From Acidimicrobiales bacterium (GTDB taxonomy: Bacteria; Actinomycetota; Acidimicrobiia; Acidimicrobiales; CADCSY01): DNA of 56,566 bases. The stretch lies in contig JBBSLC010000001.1 in NCBI GenBank assembly GCA_038255685.1, positions 1 to 56,566 of the forward strand, read 5' to 3'. Numbering within the stretch: position 1 is the first letter of the stretch; every line of letters begins with the position of its first letter. A model generated the notes under the pieces. That model saw nothing but the letters and a program-made list of their open reading frames with translations. It had not been told where the DNA came from and did not search any database. A program made the translations under genes and the position numbers. Shown here one piece after another: positions 18,972 through 26,459 of the stretch.

Positions 18972-20025
18972 GCCGACTCCTCTCGAAGCGCCGTCCGACG
19001 GCGCTGGCGGTGCGAGCCGCCAGGCTCGCCAACCCGCCGGGCGCGAAGATCACGAGGGCGATCAGCACCGAGCCGAGCACGAGCTGCCAGCGATCCGTCC
19101 CTGCACTGAACTCGTCCCTGCCGAAGAAGAACAGGACGGCTCCGAGCGGGGGGCCGGCCACACTTGCGACACCCCCGACGAGGGCCATGACGAGGGCGTT
19201 GCCCGAGGTCGTCCAGAAGACGGTCTCGGGGGACACGAAGCTGTTGTGGATGATGAAGAGGAGCCCGCCCAGCCCCGAGATCGCCCCCGAGAGGGTGAAG
19301 GCCGCGACACGCGGGAGGTAGGTCCGGAAGCCGCAGTAGCGGGCCCGCACCTCGTTCTCGCGGATCGCGGCGAGCAGCCGGCCGTAGTGCGTCCTGCTCA
19401 GCGCCCACAGACCCACCATCACGGAGCCGAGCGCGACCCACACCACCGGCCAGAAGACTGCCGGTTCACCCAGCTCGACCCGTTCCCAGCCCGCGACCGT
19501 CCCCTCGAAGCGCAGCGGCAGGCCGTCGAAGCCGCCGGTCTGGTCCCGGAGCTTGGTGATGATCACGTACAGCGCCTGGCCGACCGCCAGGGTGAGCATC
19601 GCGAAGCTGATGCCGGGGACGCGCACGATGAGAAGGCCGACGAGGCCGGCCAGCACCACGCTCGCCAGCAGGCCGGCTGCCACGCTGGCGGCGATCGGCC
19701 ACTGCCAGCGAGTCGAAGCGACCGCGACGACGTAGGCGGCGGTGCCGAAGTAGGCAGCGTGGCCGAAGCTGACCAGGCCTGTCTGGCGCAGCAACCACCC
19801 GATCGAAAGGGCGAGGAGCCCGAAGATGACGCCCTCCACGGCGAGGCCGAGGTAGAAGTCGTTCGTCACCACGTACGGCAGCGCGAAGCCGGCAAGGAAG
19901 ACGGCGAGCACCAGCCCGGCGACCCAGGGCCTGAGCCCGTCCGACTGCGGCACGGGCTCCGCAACGGCGGCGGGGAGAGTCGTCCCGGCGTCGGGGGTGG
20001 CCGGCGCGGCCACCGACGGGTTCAC
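18958..20025 (-). CDS. branched-chain-type ABC permease (LivM-like)
   Basis: Multi-TM protein with LVSFGHAAYFGTAAY. GTGA overlap with the LivH-like stop. 14-nt overlap with the downstream ATPase. Confidence 0.88.
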   Translation of the reverse strand: MNPSVAAPATPDAGTTLPAAVAEPVPQSDGLRPWVAGLVLAVFLAGFALPYVVTNDFYLGLAVEGVIFGLLALSIGWLLRQTGLVSFGHAAYFGTAAYVVAVASTRWQWPIAASVAAGLLASVVLAGLVGLLIVRVPGISFAMLTLAVGQALYVIITKLRDQTGGFDGLPLRFEGTVAGWERVELGEPAVFWPVVWVALGSVMVGLWALSRTHYGRLLAAIRENEVRARYCGFRTYLPRVAAFTLSGAISGLGGLLFIIHNSFVSPETVFWTTSGNALVMALVGGVASVAGPPLGAVLFFFGRDEFSAGTDRWQLVLGSVLIALVIFAPGGLASLAARTASAVGRRFERSRHGRA

Positions 20026-20873
20026 GTCCGGCTCCCGGCGATGCCGGCCGGGCGCAGCAGCAGGACCAGGGCCATCAGCGCGAAGGGGGCGAGGGCAGCG
20101 AGCTCGGGGACGTAGACCGTGCCGATCACCTGCAACATGCCGAGGAGCAGTGCTGCGAGCATCGCGCCACCGATGCTGCCCAGCCCCCCGACGACCACGA
20201 CGATGAAGGAGTCGACCAGGATGCTGTTGCCCATGGTGGGCGACAGCGTCAGGTAGGGGGCGGCGAGCGCTCCGGCGAGCCCGGCGAGCCCGGCGCCGAG
20301 GGCGACCACCACCATGCTGACCCGGTCGATGTCCACACCCATCATCGCGGTGACTTCCCTGTCCTCGCTCGACGCACGGACGTAGAGGCCGATCCGCGAG
20401 CGCCGGAGCCAGGCCACGAGCGCCCCTCCCACGACCACCGCAGCCAGCACGACGAACAGCCGGTACGTCGGGTACGTGGTCCCCAGCAGCGAGATGGACC
20501 CGTCCAACCCGGCGGGCGGCGCGACGGAGCGTCCCTGCCGGCCCCAGATCGTCCGGACGAGGTCGTCGATGACCAGCGTGAGGCCGAACGTGATCAACAC
20601 GAGCTCCAGCGGGGTCCGGTGGATCAGATGCCGCAGGCCGAACCGGTCGAGCACCGCACCGAGCGCGGCCAGGAGCAGCGGCACGGTCGCCAGGGCGAGC
20701 CAGAAGCTGGCCTCGGTAGCGACCGTGTACGACAGGTACGCGCCGAGCATGTAGAGCCCGCCGTGAGCGAAGTTGACCACGCCACGCAACCCGTAGACGA
20801 GTGCCAGGCCAGAGGCCAGGATCAGGAGGAGCCCGCCGAGGGCGAGGCCGTTGAGCACCTGTGCCACGGTCAT
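20022..20873 (-). CDS. branched-chain-type ABC permease (LivH-like)
   Basis: ATG 20873 (MTVAQVLNGLALGGLLLILASGLALVYGLRGVVNFAHG). ATGA overlap with the TetR stop. Confidence 0.88.
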   Translation of the reverse strand: MTVAQVLNGLALGGLLLILASGLALVYGLRGVVNFAHGGLYMLGAYLSYTVATEASFWLALATVPLLLAALGAVLDRFGLRHLIHRTPLELVLITFGLTLVIDDLVRTIWGRQGRSVAPPAGLDGSISLLGTTYPTYRLFVVLAAVVVGGALVAWLRRSRIGLYVRASSEDREVTAMMGVDIDRVSMVVVALGAGLAGLAGALAAPYLTLSPTMGNSILVDSFIVVVVGGLGSIGGAMLAALLLGMLQVIGTVYVPELAALAPFALMALVLLLRPAGIAGSRT

Positions 20874-21571
20874 GCGCCCACCTCCAGGAACCGCCGGTAG
20901 GAGGCCCGGCGGCGAGGCCGGAGCAGGCCTCGGAGCAGGAAGGCGAGCTGCACCTCGACGTAGCGGTCGAGCGTCATGCGCTCCCGGAGGTACCAATGCT
21001 TCAGCGCCCAGGTGTGCGCCAGCATGGCGATGTCGTACGCGACGAGGTCAGCGTCGCAGTCGACGAAGATCTCGGCCTCGACACCTCGCTCCACCACCTC
21101 GGCGAGGAGCCGAGTGGTCTCGAGCTCGAGGGCCTTCAGACGATCACGACCATCCTTGCCGAGGGTTGCCGTTTCCCGGTAGGCAAGCGCAGTGGCTGAC
21201 CTGCGCCCGTCGATCACCTTGCAGTACGCCGTGAACCCGGCTGCAAGCTGCTCGCAGGGATCATCGTGCGCGGCGATCGCCGGGGGAAGCTCGCTCTTGT
21301 AGGCATCCAGGATGTCGACGATGACCAGCAGGAGCACGTCGTCCTTGCGCGGTACGTACTGGTAGATCAGCCCGACGCTGATGCCAGCATCTGTCGCCAA
21401 CGCCTGCATCGACATCCCGTGGAACCCGTGCTCCTCCATGAGTCGGGTTGCCGAAGCGATGATCTGGCCCCTGCGCCACGTCGAGCGCGCCAGCCGGACC
21501 GAACCGGCACCTTCTTCCGCGGGTTCCTCGACCTGCTCCGCCACGGCCCCCCCGGACGAGTGAACAGTCAC
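20870..21571 (-). CDS. TetR/AcrR family transcriptional regulator (first gene of the operon)
   Basis: HTH: IIASATRLMEEHGFHGMSMQALATDAGISVGLIYQYVPRKDD. GTG 21571; the exact start is uncertain. Confidence 0.88.
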   Translation of the reverse strand: MTVHSSGGAVAEQVEEPAEEGAGSVRLARSTWRRGQIIASATRLMEEHGFHGMSMQALATDAGISVGLIYQYVPRKDDVLLLVIVDILDAYKSELPPAIAAHDDPCEQLAAGFTAYCKVIDGRRSATALAYRETATLGKDGRDRLKALELETTRLLAEVVERGVEAEIFVDCDADLVAYDIAMLAHTWALKHWYLRERMTLDRYVEVQLAFLLRGLLRPRRRASYRRFLEVGA

Positions 21572-21578
21572 TCAGAAC

Positions 21579-21600
21579 GAATGAATGTTCATTCAACCTA
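21579..21600. promoter_or_regulatory. AT-rich palindrome GAATGAA-TG-TTCATTC abutting a TAGGTT -10-like box (minus-strand sense)
   Basis: Perfect 7-bp arms at 21579-21594. The reverse complement of 21595-21600 is TAGGTT. The site lies 8-29 nt upstream of the TetR start. Confidence 0.5.
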
Positions 21601-21974
21601 CGCGGGGGGCGCCGAGACGTCAAGCGCGGATGATCGCCACACGCCAACCGGCGTCTACCTCGCCGTCACGTCGGCGCACGGCACCTGCGCACCGGTGGCG
21701 GAGCATCACCGGCGGTCAGGCACCTCCGCTCATCACGGCGACGAGCGGACCGAGGAGCACGACTCTGGTCAGCTTGACGACGGTGGCCGCCGCCAGCGCC
21801 GTGCTGCCGTGGGTGGATGCGGTGGCGACCACAGCAGCAGTGGCGACAGGGCGCCGATGACCGCGTTGAGGAGGTAGGCAGCCGCCGCGCAGGCGACGGC
21901 GACCGCCAACCCCGGTGCTGCGGCAGCGGCCTTGACGCGCCTGCCGGTCACTGGAGCGGCCATGGGGTCGGTCG

Positions 21975-22232
21975 CTACACCGACGTCGGCCGGGTTGCGG
22001 GGATGCCGCCCCGGCCTTGCCCATCGGGGGCGCTGCGGTACAGGGTCAGCCAAAGGCGGAGGAGGTGGCGTCGCTGCTCGACGTCGTCCACGTCCTCGAA
22101 GGCGTTGCAGCTGTGGAGGATGGTGGCGTTCTTGACGAACTGCATGTCCCCGGGCTCGAAGTTCATGCACAGGTTGAAGTCGGGGTCGTTGGCGATCTCG
22201 TCGATGAGGTCGTCAGACAACAACCCCTTTCC
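21975..22232 (-). pseudogene. TauD/TfdA-family Fe(II)/2-oxoglutarate dioxygenase C-terminal relic
   Basis: ...DPDFNLCMNFEPGDMQFVKNATILHSCNAFEDVDDVEQRRHLLRLWLT... matches the distal-His and Arg end of the TauD fold. The upstream part of that frame runs into the P450-B 3' end. Confidence 0.5.
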
Positions 22233-22248
22233 GGGTTCTTCCTCCGGG

Positions 22249-23499
22249 TCAGAACCGGATGGGGACGCAGCGCGGCCCGCGGACCTGACCCCCGGTCCAG
22301 GTGACCGCATCGGGGTCCGCGAGCTCGAAGGTGGGCACCTTCTCCAAGAAGACCTCGAGCGCCACCCTCATCTCCATGCGAGCCAGGTTGGACCCCAGGC
22401 ACCGGTGGATGCCCGAGCCGAACGCGAAGTGGCGGTTCGCCTTCCGGTCGATGATGAACTCGTCCGCGCGCTCGAACATCTCCGGGTCGTGGTTGCCCGC
22501 CGGGAAGGCCATGAGGATCTTGTCCCCCTCCTGCATCGGACATCCTTTGAAGTCGGTGTCCTCGGTGACGTAGCGGGCCATGGTGACGGGGCTGTACACG
22601 CGAAGGAACTCCTCGATGGCCAACGGCACCAGCGAGGGGTCGTCTCGCAGCCGCTGCTGGTCCTCGGGGTGGGTGGCGAGGTGCCAGATGCTCGAGCCGA
22701 TCGCGCTCCAGGTCGTGTCGATGCCGGCGATCAACAGCAAGAGGCACGTGCCGAGCAGGTGCTGGTCGGACATGGGTTCGTCGGTCTCGGCCTCGATCAG
22801 CATGGTGAGCACGTCGTCGGGCCGGGTGCCGCGCTTCATCTCGCGCCGCTCGGCGATCTTTCCCATGAAGTACATGGTCATCTCGGTCATCGCGTCCATC
22901 GCACCGTCGATGTTCTGGAAACCGTTCTGCAGCGTTCGAACCACCCAGCCGGTGAAGAGCTCCTCGTCCTCGAGGGGGACGCCGAGCATCTGGGCGATGA
23001 TCCGCACCGGGATGTGGCGAGCGAAGTCGGTGGCGACGTCACCATGGCCGTCTGCGAAGTGCTCGTCGATGAGGTCGCCTGCCAGTCCCCGGGTGATCGG
23101 CGTCATCTTCCCGATGGCCGAGGGACCGAAGGCGGGGAGCAGCAGCCTGCGGGCCCAGGTGTGCACCGGCGGGTCGGAGCTGATCGGCGGAACCGGCAGG
23201 AGGTCGTTGATGGGCTCGTCGAACGGTGAGACGACGGTGATGTCCCGCGACGAGAACCGGTCGACGTCGTGGGCGATCTCGGAGAGGTCCTCGTAGCGCA
23301 CGGGGAGCCAGGTGCGCTGGCGGCGCTCGGTGAAGGCGATGGGGCAGCGTTCGCGCTGCTCGGCCCACCAGGGCTCGGGGTGCACCACGTACTCCGGGTC
23401 CAAGATGTCGAAGTCGGTTGCCCAGTCGGTCACTGGCCCGAAGTCCTGTCCTGCCTCGTACCGGGGTGTGAGTCCGATGCGTGGTGTCATGTCGGTCAT
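22249..23499 (-). CDS. cytochrome P450 (paralog B)
   Basis: WATDFDILDPEYV, LLLIAGIDTTWSAIGS, FGSGIHRCLGSNLARMEMRV. ATG 23499 follows GGGGA. Alternative in-frame starts are 23490, 23535 and 23544. Confidence 0.9.
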   Translation of the reverse strand: MTDMTPRIGLTPRYEAGQDFGPVTDWATDFDILDPEYVVHPEPWWAEQRERCPIAFTERRQRTWLPVRYEDLSEIAHDVDRFSSRDITVVSPFDEPINDLLPVPPISSDPPVHTWARRLLLPAFGPSAIGKMTPITRGLAGDLIDEHFADGHGDVATDFARHIPVRIIAQMLGVPLEDEELFTGWVVRTLQNGFQNIDGAMDAMTEMTMYFMGKIAERREMKRGTRPDDVLTMLIEAETDEPMSDQHLLGTCLLLLIAGIDTTWSAIGSSIWHLATHPEDQQRLRDDPSLVPLAIEEFLRVYSPVTMARYVTEDTDFKGCPMQEGDKILMAFPAGNHDPEMFERADEFIIDRKANRHFAFGSGIHRCLGSNLARMEMRVALEVFLEKVPTFELADPDAVTWTGGQVRGPRCVPIRF

Positions 23500-23576
23500 G
23501 GTGTCCCCAGTCAGGTGAGTGCGGTCATGAGACATCGTACGCATCTGTTCTTTCGTTGCAAAGCTACGATGTCGCC

Positions 23577-24809
23577 GTGGACGTGATGGAAGCACACGAA
23601 CCGGTCGTCGTCGTCGGCGGGTCGCTCGCCGGGCTGCGAACCGCGCAGGCGCTGAGGCGGGGAGGTCACGTCGGGCCTCTGACCATCGTGGGGGCCGAGG
23701 CCCACTGGCCACCCTACGACCGCCCACCGCTGTCGAAGCAGGTGCTCGTCGGGTCCATCGAGGCGGACCGCGCCCGCCTGCGAGTACCCGACGACCTCGA
23801 CGCACAGGTGATCACCGGCCATCGTGCCGAGCGGCTCGACCTGGCCGAGCGCAGCGTCGTGCTCGATGACGGCTCTCGCCTTCCCTTCGGCGGGCTGGTC
23901 ATCGCCACCGGCGCCACCCCTCGCCGCATGCCGGGCACAGACGGGCTCGCCGGCATCCACGTCCTGCGCACCATCGACGACAGCCTGTCGCTGCGGGCCG
24001 ACCTCGCCAGCGCCCGCCGCGTCGCCGTCGTCGGCGCCGGCTTCATCGGGTGCGAGGTGGCGTCGTCGTGCCGGTCGCTCGGTCTCGACGTCGCACTCAT
24101 CGACGCGCTGCCGCTGCCCCTCGCCCCCCTCGGCGCCCGTGCCGGCGAGATCGTCCGGCAGCTCCACCTCGCCGAGGGCGTCGAGCTGCACCTCGCCGTG
24201 GGGGTGGCCGGCTTCGCCGGCGCGGACCGGGTGGACGCCGTGACGCTCGCCGACGGCACGTCCGTGGAAGCCGACGTGGTGGTGGTGGGCATCGGCGTGG
24301 TGCCCGCCACCGGCTGGCTCGAGGGCTCCGGCCTGATCCTGCAAGACGGCGTGGTCTGTGACGCCGCGTGCCTCGCCCTCGGCGGCGAGGGCCGGGTGGT
24401 GGCCGTCGGCGACGTCGCCCGCTGGCCGCACCCTCGGTACGGGTCGCTGCGCATCGAGCACTGGAGCAACGCCGGTGAACAGGCCAGCCACGCCGCACGG
24501 GCGTTGCTCAAGGGTGGCGAGACCGCCGGCGCGTTCGCCCCGGTCCCCTACTTCTGGTCCGACCAGTTCGGCGTCAAGCTGCAGTTCATCGGTCGATGCG
24601 GGGTGGCGGACGAGTTCGCGGTCGTCGAGGGCTCGGTCGAGGATCGGCGGTTCGTGGCTGCCTATGGGCGGGACGGGGTGACCGTGGCCGCGCTCTGCGT
24701 CGGATCTCCCGGACGGCTGGCGGCGTGGCAGGCAGCGGTGAGCGCAGGCGCACCCTTCGCCTCTGTGACCGGAGCGTCGGCGCCTGCGGCGGTGGTCAAC
24801 CCTCGGTGA
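23577..24809 (+). CDS. FAD-dependent ferredoxin reductase (pyridine nucleotide-disulfide oxidoreductase family)
   Basis: PVVVVGGSLAGLRTA, VAVVGAGFIGCEVAS, GDVARW. GTG 23577 sits 6 nt after TACGAT. The alternative start is ATG 23586. Confidence 0.88.
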   Translation: MDVMEAHEPVVVVGGSLAGLRTAQALRRGGHVGPLTIVGAEAHWPPYDRPPLSKQVLVGSIEADRARLRVPDDLDAQVITGHRAERLDLAERSVVLDDGSRLPFGGLVIATGATPRRMPGTDGLAGIHVLRTIDDSLSLRADLASARRVAVVGAGFIGCEVASSCRSLGLDVALIDALPLPLAPLGARAGEIVRQLHLAEGVELHLAVGVAGFAGADRVDAVTLADGTSVEADVVVVGIGVVPATGWLEGSGLILQDGVVCDAACLALGGEGRVVAVGDVARWPHPRYGSLRIEHWSNAGEQASHAARALLKGGETAGAFAPVPYFWSDQFGVKLQFIGRCGVADEFAVVEGSVEDRRFVAAYGRDGVTVAALCVGSPGRLAAWQAAVSAGAPFASVTGASAPAAVVNPR

Positions 24810-24993
24810 TCGTGATGGCGTACTCCGGGCAGTTGTCGGCAGCGAGCTGCGCCGCTTCCTCTTGTTCCGGGAGGACCGTGCCATCGCCCTTCACCCATGC
24901 CATGCCGAGCTCGTCGGCGCCGAACAGCTCGGGGGCGACGACGACGCAGCGGTTGTGACCCTGGCACTTCTCCTGATCCAGGTGGACGCGCAT
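24796..24993 (-). CDS. ferredoxin (3Fe-4S type, P450 redox partner)
   Basis: MRVHLDQEKCQGHNRCVVVAPELF...AADNCPEYAI (CxxHxxC...CP pattern). Alternative GTG start at 24999. Confidence 0.85.
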   Translation of the reverse strand: MRVHLDQEKCQGHNRCVVVAPELFGADELGMAWVKGDGTVLPEQEEAAQLAADNCPEYAITITEG

Positions 24994-25081
24994 GGCCACA
25001 CCCTACTGGAACCTGTACGACACGAGGCTCATTGCACCTCATGTCTCTCTGATACGAGTCCATCGTCGGGTCTGTGACGAC

Positions 25082-25105
25082 GCGACACCACACGAGTGGT
25101 GTCGC
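25082..25105. promoter_or_regulatory. perfect 10-bp-arm inverted repeat GCGACACCAC-acga-GTGGTGTCGC in the ferredoxin/P450-C divergent region
   Basis: Read directly from the sequence. A second palindrome, CGACCT-C-AGGTCG, is at 25119-25131. Confidence 0.45.
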
Positions 25106-25166
25106 ACGACCTAGACTGCGACCTCAGGTCGTCCGAAGGGCCGGCCGACACCGCCCCAGGGGGAAC

Positions 25167-26381
25167 ATGAGCATCGCCGACGACGTCCTCAAGTGGACCA
25201 ACGACTTCGACATCTTGCACCACGACTACGTGACCGAGCCCGAGAAGATCTGGTCGGTGCTCCGCGAGGAGTGCCCCATCGCCTTCACCGAACGGCGCAG
25301 CCGCACCTGGCTGCCCGTCCGCTACGACGACCTGACTGAGATCGCTCACGACGTCCAGCGCTTCTCGTCTCGCGACGTCGGGGTCATCACCGTCGACCGG
25401 GACGGCGAGGGCGGCCTGCCTGCTGGAGCCCCGCCGATCAGCTCGGACCCGCCGGTGCACACCTGGGCCAGGCGCATCCTGCTCCCGGCGTTCGGCCCCT
25501 CGGCCATCGACCGCATGACCCCCATCACCCGCGAGCTGGCCAACGACCTGATCGACGACTTCATCGGAAGTGGCGAGGGTGACGCGGCACGCGACTTCGC
25601 CCAGCACATCCCTGTGCGTGTCATCGCCATGATGCTGGGCATCCCGCTCGAGGACGAGGCGAAGTTCACCGGCTGGGTGGTCAAGATCCTCCAGGAAGGG
25701 TTCCAGAACATCGAAGCCTCACGTGGAGCCCTCGACGAGCTCATCATGTACTTCGCCGAGCGCGTCGCCGAGCATCGCGCCATCGCCGAGGGCGAGCGCC
25801 CCGACGACCTGCTGACACTGCTCATCGAGACCGAGGTCGACGGCGAGCCCATCGAGGACATGCACCTGCTCGGCACCTGCTTCCTCCTCCTGGTCGCCGG
25901 CGTCGACACCACCTGGAGCGCCATCGGGTCGAGCCTGTGGCACCTGGCCACGCACCCGGAGGACCAAGCTCGCCTGCGGGCCGAACCGGAGCTGATGCCA
26001 CTGGCGGTCGAGGAGTTCCTGCGGATGTACAGCCCGGTGACGATGGCCCGCTACGTCACCGAGGACGTGGAGTTCAACGGATGCCCCATGAAGGAAGGCG
26101 ACAAGGTCCTCATGGCCTTCCCCGCGGGAAACCGTGACCCGGAGCTGTTCGATCGGGCCGATGAGTTCGTCATCGACCGAGCCCGCAACCGCCACTTCGC
26201 CTTTGGCTCGGGCATCCACCGCTGCCTCGGGTCGAACCTGGCCCGCATGGAGGTGCGGGTGGCCGTCGAGACGTTCCTCGAGCGGGTGCCCACCTTCGTG
26301 ACCGACGTGGAAGCGGTCACCTGGACCGGCGGGCAGGTGCGGGGGCCGCGCAGCGTGCCACTCACCTTCGACGCGCCCTGA
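25167..26381 (+). CDS. cytochrome P450 (paralog C)
   Basis: GGGGGAAC then ATG 25167. WTNDFDILHHDYV, LLLVAGVDTTWSAIGS, FGSGIHRCLGSNLARMEVRV. Confidence 0.9.
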   Translation: MSIADDVLKWTNDFDILHHDYVTEPEKIWSVLREECPIAFTERRSRTWLPVRYDDLTEIAHDVQRFSSRDVGVITVDRDGEGGLPAGAPPISSDPPVHTWARRILLPAFGPSAIDRMTPITRELANDLIDDFIGSGEGDAARDFAQHIPVRVIAMMLGIPLEDEAKFTGWVVKILQEGFQNIEASRGALDELIMYFAERVAEHRAIAEGERPDDLLTLLIETEVDGEPIEDMHLLGTCFLLLVAGVDTTWSAIGSSLWHLATHPEDQARLRAEPELMPLAVEEFLRMYSPVTMARYVTEDVEFNGCPMKEGDKVLMAFPAGNRDPELFDRADEFVIDRARNRHFAFGSGIHRCLGSNLARMEVRVAVETFLERVPTFVTDVEAVTWTGGQVRGPRSVPLTFDAP

Positions 26382-26459
26382 GCTCGACAGCAAGGTGCGA
26401 TGGATGTTGATGGAAGCCGGCACCGCGCCTCGCGCAGCTTCTGTGCCCATCAGCGCACG

